IMG/VR virus record: IMGVR_UViG_3300008452_005759
DNA from: a virus
Strand: one strand, 5' to 3'
Length of the DNA stretch: 29,552 bases
Shown here: piece by piece, positions 1 to 6,647 of the stretch
How positions within the stretch are numbered: position 1 is the first letter of the stretch
Layout: each line of letters starts with the position of its first letter
Position numbers and translations under genes: made by a program
Notes under the pieces: generated by a model
What the model was told of the DNA's origin: nothing
The model's database searches: none
Seen by the model: only the letters and a program-made list of their open reading frames with translations

Positions 1-795
1 GCTGCAACATATTCTAATTCTAATGTAGTTACTGATTTTTCTAATATCAATATACTTACTACATTAGCAGCTCCTGGTCATAACATTAACTCTGCCAAAC
101 TTCTTGGATCTTATGGATCAGCATCAGGGACATCAATGGCTTCTCCATTTATTACTGGTGCCTTTGCTCTACATAGATCAGTTTACGGAGTTAAACCTGT
201 TGACGAAGTAGTTAATATTTTTAAAGCTAATTCTCAAATCGCAAAAGATAATTATACTAATATTTCTATTCCAAGAATTCATCTTTCCAATGTCTTTACT
301 GGAACTCCTGTTCCTACCACATCAACTACTTCAACTTCTACCACATCTACTATTCCTGTTACCACTACTACTGTCCCCACTACATCAACTACAATTCGTT
401 ATAATCCTCCTATTTCTACTACAACTACTACACTTCCTAAGTATGTTTTTATTCCCAAACCACTTCTTTTAGAAGTTAATGGTCTTCCTAAGACTTATGT
501 TTGGATTAAGTACAGAGACCCATATATGAACAAGTCTTACATATCTCATTATGTTTTGACTTGCAATGGAATTAATCAATACACTATTCCTGTACAAACT
601 ATGTATTCTCTTCATTCTTATAAATTAAATGTTCCTGCTTCTTCTATTGACTACTGTTACATGCAAGCCGTTGCTACTAACGGTAGCAAAACATTTCCCA
701 CTACTGTAAAATATATTTATCCTAAGAATAGAATTTCATCAATATCATCTATTGATAAAAACAAAAAGAAGAAAAATGTTAAGTCTAACAAATAA
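1..795 (+). CDS. Subtilisin-like (S8) serine protease, C-terminal part (5' end outside window), with Thr/Ser-rich linker and beta-rich C-terminal domain
   Basis: Frame 1 is open from base 1. Translation reads ...LAAPGHNINSAKLLGSYGSASGTSMASPFITGAFAL, the catalytic-Ser GTSMA-S-P box of subtilases. A TSTTSTSTTSTIPVTTTTVPTTSTT linker follows (nt ~310-440). Stop TAA 793-795. Confidence 0.85.
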   Translation, partial: AATYSNSNVVTDFSNINILTTLAAPGHNINSAKLLGSYGSASGTSMASPFITGAFALHRSVYGVKPVDEVVNIFKANSQIAKDNYTNISIPRIHLSNVFTGTPVPTTSTTSTSTTSTIPVTTTTVPTTSTTIRYNPPISTTTTTLPKYVFIPKPLLLEVNGLPKTYVWIKYRDPYMNKSYISHYVLTCNGINQYTIPVQTMYSLHSYKLNVPASSIDYCYMQAVATNGSKTFPTTVKYIYPKNRISSISSIDKNKKKKNVKSNK

Positions 796-1132
796 TCTAA
801 ATGAAACAGTATATTCTATATTACTTCCTGTTTTTTCCTCACCAGAGTTATTAAATAAAAACGAATCTGAATTAATATCATATACTTTTTCTGATACATC
901 TAATTTATATAATTTAAATCTTAATGATCAATATACAATGATTGTATCTTTAAATAATTTTTTTTCTTATGATTTTGCAAATCACTTTGCTACAGCTTTT
1001 TATAGATTATATACAAATAAATATAGAAAAATATTATATGGTCCTGTTTTAATTATTTCTAAAGAAGAACCACATCTTATACCTTATCTTTTACTTGAAG
1101 AAATAAACTCATTAATGAAAACTTTTAAATGA
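776..1132 (+). CDS. hypothetical protein
   Basis: ORF track 752..1132 starts at TTG. The first ATG is at 776 and overlaps the end of the protease gene. Stop overlaps the next start (ATGA at 1129-1132). Confidence 0.5.
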   Translation: MLSLTNNLNETVYSILLPVFSSPELLNKNESELISYTFSDTSNLYNLNLNDQYTMIVSLNNFFSYDFANHFATAFYRLYTNKYRKILYGPVLIISKEEPHLIPYLLLEEINSLMKTFK

Positions 1133-1290
1133 AAAAACAAACTGTTAAAATACAAAAAACAAGAAAAACCTCTGCAACATGCCATGACTGTGGAGTTGTT
1201 TCTAGGGAGGTAAATAAATCAATCAAATATAATCTCTCTCTTTGTATGACATGTTTACAAGAGAGAATAATTTCCGATCTAAAGGATTAA
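1129..1290 (+). CDS. small zinc-ribbon protein (53 aa, not in ORF track)
   Basis: ATG 1129 overlaps the upstream stop (ATGA). Translation MKKQTVKIQKTRKTSATCHDCGVV...LCMTCLQERIISDLKD carries a CxxC...CxxC pair. Confidence 0.5.
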   Translation: MKKQTVKIQKTRKTSATCHDCGVVSREVNKSIKYNLSLCMTCLQERIISDLKD

Positions 1291-1293
1291 AAT

Positions 1294-1557
1294 ATGTCAC
1301 TTTCAATTACCCTCACAGCAGAAGATACTAATAAGCTTATTGACACAGCTAATATGTTAGACTTTTTATTTTCAATTTTAGGTTCTAACGACACTCTTAG
1401 TTTTGCTGCTAATGAAAAACTATCTATTAATTATGTTCCAGAAGAGATTCAGGAACTTTCTTCTTGGTACAAGAATATCATTCATGTAATTCGTAATGCG
1501 AATTATGATGTTGATCTCTCTTCTGACCAGGATTATTTAAATTCTCTTACAGTATAA
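1294..1557 (+). CDS. hypothetical protein
   Basis: ATG-initiated 87-aa ORF that fits the gap between neighbours. Confidence 0.55.
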   Translation: MSLSITLTAEDTNKLIDTANMLDFLFSILGSNDTLSFAANEKLSINYVPEEIQELSSWYKNIIHVIRNANYDVDLSSDQDYLNSLTV

Positions 1558-1563
1558 CCTAAT

Positions 1564-1647
1564 GCCCGAGTGGCGGAATAGGCAGACGCAGGGGGCTTAA
1601 ACCCCCCGGATCGCAAGATCTTACCGGTTCAAGTCCGGTCTCGGGTA
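1564..1647 (+). tRNA. tRNA-Leu (anticodon UAA), class II with long variable arm, no encoded CCA
   Basis: Hand-folded. Acceptor gcccgag/ctcgggt. Anticodon stem ggggg/ccccc with loop cTTAAac. Variable hairpin gatc-gcaa-gatc. T arm accgg-ttcaagt-ccggt. Confidence 0.9.
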
Positions 1648-1666
1648 CTATCAGAAAGATATATTC

Positions 1667-1861
1667 ATGGATTCAGAATCTTTATCCGATAGATATGCTA
1701 GACTACAAGTGTTAGGAATGTTAGCTCCTATAGGTGAATGTGATTATTGTGATCGCATTCGAGAACAAAAAGCAAAAACATTTCCTTCTCATAAGCCCTA
1801 TGATTTTTGCCGTTCTTATAAAGGCGGAAGAAATCATTGCACGTGTGATACGTGCTTTTAG
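1667..1861 (+). CDS. hypothetical Cys-rich small protein
   Basis: 64-aa ORF with CDYCD and CTCDTC motifs. Confidence 0.5.
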   Translation: MDSESLSDRYARLQVLGMLAPIGECDYCDRIREQKAKTFPSHKPYDFCRSYKGGRNHCTCDTCF

Positions 1862-1876
1862 TAGAAAGAAAAAATA

Positions 1877-2356
1877 ATGTCAGAACAATTCATTCCACAT
1901 CCTCCTTCTCCCCCAGAGAAGAAAGAGACTGTAACTTTTAATAAGAAGAATCTTGCTATTGCATTTCTTGCAGTATCAATTTTTATTCTTATTCTTGCTA
2001 TTGTAATTCCATCAAGCAATAGTTCATCTCCTGTAACAACTGATGCTCCTGCTCCAGTAGTTACTAATCCTCCATATACACCTCCTGCTGAGAACAAGTA
2101 TGATCAGTATATGGATCATGTTCTTAATAATTCAGGACAGGCTAATACTTGGAGTAAAGCTGATGTCATTGAATTTGGTGACCTTGTATGCGGAGCTCTT
2201 GATAATGGAAATTCAGTTCGTCAAGTAGTTAATCTTCTTGAAGGTTATGCTAAGTCTTCTAGCGATGTTGAGTTCTTTGCTTCAGTAGCTTTTGGTGCTA
2301 TTACTTATATTTGTCCAGAATACAAGTCTGATCTTAATTCTTATTTAAATAGCTAG
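1877..2356 (+). CDS. membrane-anchored protein with DUF732-like C-terminal domain
   Basis: N-terminal TM segment (LAIAFLAVSIFILILAIVI), Pro/Thr linker, then ...GDLVCGALDNGNS...AVAFGAITYICPEY. The two-Cys pattern recalls actinobacterial DUF732. Motif-level only. Confidence 0.55.
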   Translation: MSEQFIPHPPSPPEKKETVTFNKKNLAIAFLAVSIFILILAIVIPSSNSSSPVTTDAPAPVVTNPPYTPPAENKYDQYMDHVLNNSGQANTWSKADVIEFGDLVCGALDNGNSVRQVVNLLEGYAKSSSDVEFFASVAFGAITYICPEYKSDLNSYLNS

Positions 2357-2358
2357 TT

Positions 2359-2445
2359 ATGATTAGTACACCTCAAGCTGTTATTCTTTTTGCTTGTGCA
2401 TTTTCTATTGGTTTATGGCTAGGAACTACCTTGGGATGTCTTTAA
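2359..2445 (+). CDS. 28-aa hydrophobic peptide (not in ORF track)
   Basis: ATG 2359; MISTPQAVILFACAFSIGLWLGTTLGCL. The stop abuts the next ATG (2446). Confidence 0.35.
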   Translation: MISTPQAVILFACAFSIGLWLGTTLGCL

Positions 2446-2682
2446 ATGAAATCTAAAGTTTTAGCATTCATCAAAGGATTTGATTATGCTGTTAAGCATA
2501 ATGCTATTCTGGAAGATCATCATTTTCATACTCTGCCAGGAGCATCTTGGCATGATAGAGACACTCAAAATTTATATCGTAAGTCAATTCGATTTGGCCG
2601 TAAATACATGCAGTATAGGTATGAGATACTAGCTCTTACTGTTATTGTTTTTACAACTTTGTTATTCATGTTTACATGGTGA
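2446..2682 (+). CDS. hypothetical protein with C-terminal TM helix
   Basis: 78-aa ATG ORF. The C-terminus ILALTVIVFTTLLFMFTW is hydrophobic. Confidence 0.5.
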   Translation: MKSKVLAFIKGFDYAVKHNAILEDHHFHTLPGASWHDRDTQNLYRKSIRFGRKYMQYRYEILALTVIVFTTLLFMFTW

Positions 2683-2689
2683 CAAGCTT

Positions 2690-2762
2690 TCCCAGATAGC
2701 TCAGTTGGCAGAGCTACGGACTGTTAATCCGTTGGTCGTAGGTTCGAGCCCTACTCTGGGAG
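2690..2762 (+). tRNA. tRNA-Asn (anticodon GUU)
   Basis: Acceptor tcccaga/tctggga. D arm gctc-agttggca-gagc. Anticodon arm acgga-cTGTTAa-tccgt. T arm gtagg-ttcgagc-cctac. Confidence 0.92.
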
Positions 2763-2764
2763 CT

Positions 2765-3022
2765 ATGAAAAATATTCAACCTGATCAAAACGATTATTGT
2801 GTTGACTGCAAAGTTGACACTCTCCTTATAGGAGAATACTACATGGTACACCACTCTGTTTGGGAAGATACTGGCCTTGGCCTTTATGATGGAATGCTTT
2901 GCATTTCTTGTCTTGAAAAAAGAATAAGCAGGCAGCTTACATCAGAAGATTTTTCTAATTTTCCAATTAACACAGATCCTTTGTTTAGATCTGATCTGCT
3001 TATTTCAAGGATGACAAAATGA
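2765..3022 (+). CDS. small zinc-ribbon protein
   Basis: ATG 2765 lies 2 nt after the tRNA-Asn discriminator. MKNIQPDQNDYCVDCKV...MLCISCLEKR (CxxC x2). The track ORF 2645..3022 runs through the tRNA and is trimmed here. Confidence 0.6.
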   Translation: MKNIQPDQNDYCVDCKVDTLLIGEYYMVHHSVWEDTGLGLYDGMLCISCLEKRISRQLTSEDFSNFPINTDPLFRSDLLISRMTK

Positions 3023-3231
3023 ATACTTCTGAAATTATTAAAGAATCATTTTATCTTTTAGGAAAAAGAGTTCAGCTCATTTATACAAACGACGAATACA
3101 CAAACCTTAGGTCTGGTGATCTTGGTACAATAAACTTTATTGATGATTCTGGAACCGTATTTGTAAATTGGGATAATGGATCTAAACTTGGCCTTATTCC
3201 AGGTATTGATAAATGGAAAATTGTTTATTAA
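3019..3231 (+). CDS. DUF4314-like small protein
   Basis: ATGA overlap with the upstream gene. GDLGTINFIDDSGTVFVNWDNGSKLGLIPGIDKW resembles the DUF4314 signature as I recall it. Confidence 0.55.
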   Translation: MNTSEIIKESFYLLGKRVQLIYTNDEYTNLRSGDLGTINFIDDSGTVFVNWDNGSKLGLIPGIDKWKIVY

Positions 3232-3311
3232 TGAAATCAATATTTCTTAATCTCATCATAGCTGCTGTAGTAGTTTATTCTTTTGATTTTATAAAAAGAA
3301 AGTATTTTTAA
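3231..3311 (+). CDS. 26-aa hydrophobic peptide (not in ORF track)
   Basis: TAATG overlap at 3229-3233; MKSIFLNLIIAAVVVYSFDFIKRKYF. Confidence 0.35.
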   Translation: MKSIFLNLIIAAVVVYSFDFIKRKYF

Positions 3312-3312
3312 T

Positions 3313-3552
3313 ATGTATATGAAATTACATTCTAAACCAAAACTTGATGTTATTGCCCACACACTTACTCGTTGTGGTATAACTTTATGGCATGGCATTC
3401 CAGAGCAAATTGTTAAAGATCTTCATACCGCTGGTTATAAAATTAAAAAGCGTAAAAACTTTAAGGATATTGCTCAACAAGTTGATCCACGTAGAATTGT
3501 TCCTGGAAAACTTAAATCTCAACACGAATCTGAAAGCGACATATATCTTTAA
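3313..3552 (+). CDS. hypothetical protein
   Basis: 79-aa ATG ORF, basic. Confidence 0.5.
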   Translation: MYMKLHSKPKLDVIAHTLTRCGITLWHGIPEQIVKDLHTAGYKIKKRKNFKDIAQQVDPRRIVPGKLKSQHESESDIYL

Positions 3553-3692
3553 TGCTTGTTTATGTAATTACTGCAATTGGTGCTCTATGGGGTATTCTTA
3601 CTCTTATTGGAATTCGAGAAGATGATAAGTATATTAAAGAACTTGTTCAATCTGCTCGCAATGCAACAAGAGAATCTCACGGATCAGAATAA
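3552..3692 (+). CDS. 46-aa membrane peptide (not in ORF track)
   Basis: ATG 3552 overlaps the upstream stop; MLVYVITAIGALWGILTLIGIREDD... Confidence 0.4.
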   Translation: MLVYVITAIGALWGILTLIGIREDDKYIKELVQSARNATRESHGSE

Positions 3693-3784
3693 TGTCTGAT
3701 TTTGATGCTCTTATTTGTTCCTTTGTTACAATATTCTTTATAGGTTTTGCTTTCTATAAACTTGAAAAAAAGTTTAAAGATTAA
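3692..3784 (+). CDS. 30-aa membrane peptide (not in ORF track)
   Basis: TAATG overlap at 3690-3694; MSDFDALICSFVTIFFIGFAFYKLEKKFKD. Confidence 0.35.
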   Translation: MSDFDALICSFVTIFFIGFAFYKLEKKFKD

Positions 3785-3790
3785 CCAATC

Positions 3791-3863
3791 GGGTCTTTAG
3801 CTCAGTTGGTAGAGCAGTGGACTTTTAATCCATTGGTCGTGGGTTCGAGCCCCACAGGACCCA
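3791..3863 (+). tRNA. tRNA-Lys (anticodon UUU)
   Basis: Acceptor gggtctt/aggaccc. Anticodon arm gtgga-cTTTTAa-tccat. T arm gtggg-ttcgagc-cccac. Confidence 0.92.
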
Positions 3864-3865
3864 CT

Positions 3866-4135
3866 ATGAATAATGAATTAAATTTAGACAACAACCTTAT
3901 GATTGGCGATACAGTAGGAACTCCATCTCGAACTGTTATCTCTTGTACTAAGAAATACGATAGAGTTCCTGGAGACACTTACGCTACTTGGACTGCTATA
4001 TGTGTGGATGAAACACAAAGACACCCTTATGTAGTGTGGACTATAGTTGCTAGACCAGAAGGATTTTCGGCTTATAATGGAACTTACTGCACTACACTTA
4101 TGGATGCTGTCCATCACTATAATAAAAGAAAGTAA
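3866..4135 (+). CDS. hypothetical protein
   Basis: ATG 3866 lies 2 nt after the tRNA-Lys discriminator. The track ORF 3806..4135 is trimmed of its tRNA-overlapping part. Confidence 0.6.
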   Translation: MNNELNLDNNLMIGDTVGTPSRTVISCTKKYDRVPGDTYATWTAICVDETQRHPYVVWTIVARPEGFSAYNGTYCTTLMDAVHHYNKRK

Positions 4136-4140
4136 TACTT

Positions 4141-4341
4141 ATGAAAGTTAAACTTATTGTTGAGATAGATGCTGATATTCCTGGTGAATTCCAAGATGAC
4201 AAATTAGCTACAACTCTTTTAGATCAAGAGATTAGAGATCTTCTTTCTGTAGATGTTTTCTACGATAAATACGATCAACCATCAGTAATGTTTGATGCTA
4301 TGAAAATTGTTGAATATATTCCAGGAGCAGGTAAACTATAA
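4141..4341 (+). CDS. hypothetical acidic protein
   Basis: 66-aa ATG ORF. Confidence 0.5.
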   Translation: MKVKLIVEIDADIPGEFQDDKLATTLLDQEIRDLLSVDVFYDKYDQPSVMFDAMKIVEYIPGAGKL

Positions 4342-4475
4342 TGACACCTACCGAATTAGAAGAGCGGTCTCTGCCTTCTTCTACTGAATCAGACACAGAA
4401 GCGGAAACTCCAAAATACCGTATTACTTTTGGTACTTTTACAATTCTTGCACCTAATCCAAACCAAGGAGATTAA
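4341..4475 (+). CDS. 44-aa hypothetical protein (not in ORF track)
   Basis: TAATG overlap at 4339-4343. It ends 1 nt before the next ATG. Confidence 0.35.
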   Translation: MTPTELEERSLPSSTESDTEAETPKYRITFGTFTILAPNPNQGD

Positions 4476-4476
4476 A

Positions 4477-4977
4477 ATGTCTACTCCTATGCCAGACTAT
4501 GGTTTAACCTTTAATTCTTCATCTACTACTGCTTTACAGGTTGATACAAAATCTGCCGATAAGATTGCAGAACGTTTTTTAAAGCAGCAAATTTCAGATC
4601 CCAATTACAAACATGAGTTGAATGCAGCTCAGATTTGGGCTCTTAAAAAAGATGGTTCTTTTCATTTAGTAGCTGTTCATCCAGACGTTTATGAACTATT
4701 AAATGATCAATATAATTTTTCTACTTATGTTGGAGTTTTAGTTCACACTACTGGATGGGCTGCTCCGTTAGATGAAAATGGAGAAGTTTCAACTGCTCCT
4801 AGTAAGCACGAAATGCGTCGCAGAGTTGCTCTCGCTTCTTGTGTTACAAATGATTCTGTTGGATCTGCTTTGTCTTTTGCAGATGAGAAAGACATTGTTC
4901 TTGATCCCGGTTCTGCTACTGGATCTCTAGCTGATGCTCTCTTGTCATTCTGGGAAAACAATTCTATAGGTCTCTAA
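4477..4977 (+). CDS. hypothetical protein
   Basis: ATG 4477 is preceded by AAGGAG (4465-4470). The track start at 4429 is an upstream non-ATG start. Confidence 0.65.
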   Translation: MSTPMPDYGLTFNSSSTTALQVDTKSADKIAERFLKQQISDPNYKHELNAAQIWALKKDGSFHLVAVHPDVYELLNDQYNFSTYVGVLVHTTGWAAPLDENGEVSTAPSKHEMRRRVALASCVTNDSVGSALSFADEKDIVLDPGSATGSLADALLSFWENNSIGL

Positions 4978-4978
4978 T

Positions 4979-5173
4979 ATGTCTATTCCTGATTTTGATG
5001 ATCTTGATGAACGAACTCAAGAACAATATATTTTACAGTCTTTTGAATTGCTTGACGCAGACAACAGAGTTCCTTATGAGATAGCTACCGGTGATGAAGC
5101 AACTATCTATGAATATGATCCTATCATTGATCTAGCAAGATCAATCTATGAAGATTCTTTCGAAGATGATTAA
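4979..5173 (+). CDS. hypothetical highly acidic protein
   Basis: 64-aa ATG ORF rich in D/E. Confidence 0.5.
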   Translation: MSIPDFDDLDERTQEQYILQSFELLDADNRVPYEIATGDEATIYEYDPIIDLARSIYEDSFEDD

Positions 5174-5278
5174 TCTAAGACTGAGAGATTAGTATCATTT
5201 AAGAATGGGAGTTAACAGTCCCCATAAGTCCGTTTACCAATTTATCTGCCCCCAGACCAGATAAGGACAACTGTTTAC

Positions 5279-5352
5279 GGGCCTATAGCTCAGTTGGTTA
5301 GAGCATCGGACTCATAATCCGCCGGTCGCAGGTTCAAGTCCTGCTGGGCCCA
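5279..5352 (+). tRNA. tRNA with anticodon CAU (elongator Met, or Ile2 if C34 is lysidinylated)
   Basis: Acceptor gggccta/tgggccc. Anticodon arm tcgga-cTCATAa-tccgc. T arm gcagg-ttcaagt-cctgc. It lacks the initiator hallmarks (1:72 mismatch, three G:C pairs in the anticodon stem). The C4:G69 and C5:G68 pairs are compatible with Ile2. Confidence 0.88.
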
Positions 5353-5354
5353 CT

Positions 5355-5531
5355 ATGAAATTCTATGATATATTTTATTTACTATATATAGCTATAACTC
5401 AATCTTTATTTGTTAAAGTATTTTTTTTAATAATTATATATGTTATTCAATATTTAAATACTCTTCCTAAAAAGAATTGGTATGGTTATGACGATGATCA
5501 AAAGGATTTTAAATGCCAAGATATAATTTAA
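5355..5531 (+). CDS. 58-aa membrane peptide (not in ORF track)
   Basis: ATG 5355 lies 2 nt after the tRNA discriminator; MKFYDIFYLLYIAITQSLFVKVFFLIIIYVIQ... Confidence 0.4.
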   Translation: MKFYDIFYLLYIAITQSLFVKVFFLIIIYVIQYLNTLPKKNWYGYDDDQKDFKCQDII

Positions 5532-5701
5532 ACAATGAAGATGTAGACATTATATTGGATGCTCTTCAAAATTATATTTTAAATACTAACTTTGAACACC
5601 GTCCCAATCAAATAATTTCTTTGAAAAAAAGATTACTTGCAAAAATTGAAGACAACAATATTGATGATGATGTTTGGGCTGTCTTTCAAGGAGATGAATA
5701 A
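5513..5701 (+). CDS. hypothetical protein
   Basis: 62-aa ATG ORF. The stop overlaps the next start (TAATG at 5699-5703). Confidence 0.5.
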   Translation: MPRYNLNNEDVDIILDALQNYILNTNFEHRPNQIISLKKRLLAKIEDNNIDDDVWAVFQGDE

Positions 5702-5952
5702 TGCCTTATATTAAACCAGAAGATCGTTTACACATTCTTGCTGACGAAAAACAAATCAGCACTGCTGGAGAATTAAATTATTTTATTTCCACTTTGATTA
5801 ATTGGTACCTTAATGAAAAAGGTAAGAGTTATTCTACCATCAATGAAGTTATTGGCGTACTAGAATGCGCTAAACTTGAACTTTATCGCAGAGTAGCTGC
5901 ACCATATGAAGACATCAAAATTGAAGAAAATGGAGATGTTTACACTATATGA
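5701..5952 (+). CDS. conserved phage hypothetical protein
   Basis: 83-aa ORF MPYIKPEDR...GELNY...VIGVLECAKLELYRRVAAPYEDIKIEENGDVY. I recall this pattern from actinophage hypothetical proteins of unknown function. Confidence 0.6.
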   Translation: MPYIKPEDRLHILADEKQISTAGELNYFISTLINWYLNEKGKSYSTINEVIGVLECAKLELYRRVAAPYEDIKIEENGDVYTI

Positions 5953-6173
5953 CCGCACCAGGCGTAAGAACTCATCGCAGTGTTGTAGACATTGTGGCTC
6001 AACGTGGATATGATAAAGTTCATAGCCTTGAAAAACGTCGCCAGCTTCTTGAGCAAAATAAAAACAGAGTTTGTGCTTTAGATTCTTGTAGCACTAAACT
6101 CTCTATGTACAATGATACAAACTTTTGTGCAATACATCAAAGAGGAAATATCCCTCTTCCTAAACATCTTTAA
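5949..6173 (+). CDS. hypothetical protein with C-terminal Cys/His cluster
   Basis: ATGA overlap. C-terminus CALDSCSTKLSMYNDTNFCAIH. Confidence 0.5.
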   Translation: MTAPGVRTHRSVVDIVAQRGYDKVHSLEKRRQLLEQNKNRVCALDSCSTKLSMYNDTNFCAIHQRGNIPLPKHL

Positions 6174-6538
6174 GGTTTAACCAGTAGCGTGTACGTAATC
6201 TTATATTTTGATTTCGGAACGGATACCAATAACTACACCAAGCACGTGGGCCTATATTCCCCGTAGTTACTACTGGTTAATTAGTTTGGTGGCACTGGCG
6301 CTTTGGGACATGTAGCGACAGTGTCACCATTTAATTTGGTAGCAGCTAGCAAGATTAGATACAATTACTACGTGGTCAAACACAGAAATAAGTCGGATCG
6401 AATCGCTAACGGAAAAGCAATGATGCTAGTGATCACATATTTGTCAGCATTGCCTGCTACCAACTCTTCTGCTATAATAAGGATATTATGATCTTAGATT
6501 TTCGAATATGCTCCCACTCTACTTATCCCGTATTTCAC
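6174..6538 (+). ncRNA. candidate large structured non-coding RNA (unclassified) upstream of tRNA-Ile
   Basis: 365 nt with no ATG-initiated ORF. G+C is locally 42-50% by hand count. Nested long-range helices: 6177-6187/6270-6280 (11 bp perfect), hairpin 6288-6301/6315-6328, and 6336-6345/6454-6463 (10 bp perfect). Confidence 0.4.
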
Positions 6539-6611
6539 GGGCTAGTAGCTCAGTGGTAAGAGCGCCATTCTTATAAAATGGTGGTCGCGGGTTCAATTCC
6601 CGCCTAGCCCA
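6539..6611 (+). tRNA. tRNA-Ile (anticodon UAU)
   Basis: Acceptor gggctag/ctagccc. Anticodon arm ccatt-cTTATAa-aatgg. T arm gcggg-ttcaatt-cccgc. Confidence 0.9.
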
Positions 6612-6647
6612 CTTAATCCAAAATAAAAACTATAGACTGGATACAAT

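Noticed and set aside
290-472. 60-aa ORF in another frame of the protease linker. The same applies to 1858..2097 (-), 3058..3240 (-), 3392..3625, 3884..4117 (-), 4743..4961 (-), 17239..17475, 17867..18091, 19889..20119 (-), 20638..20829 (-), 22865..23062 (-), 24696..24884 (-), 25482..25697 (-), 26195..26392 (-) and 26518..26703 (-).
   Set aside because: All overlap better-supported genes in another frame or strand. They show low-complexity L/F/S/I composition and are treated as spurious.
2645-2764. 5' extension of ORF 2645..3022 (and likewise 3806..3865 of ORF 3806..4135)
   Set aside because: Both extensions translate through a tRNA gene (the ...SQIAQLAELRTVNPLVVGSSPT-type peptides are tRNA sequence read as protein). 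The true starts are the ATGs just after the tRNAs.
6303-6491. 62-aa track ORF inside the 6174-6538 gap
   Set aside because: It starts at TTG with no SD. It lies across the strongest predicted RNA helices, and its sequence looks arbitrary. The region is better explained as structured RNA.
6174-6538. Identification of the structured region as tmRNA, RNase P RNA, group I intron or retron msr/msd
   Set aside because: I could not find a tRNA-like 3' end with an ALAA-type tag frame or the conserved RNase P motifs. I also found no P4/P7-type intron cores or flanking split exons, and no reverse transcriptase gene. It is left unclassified.
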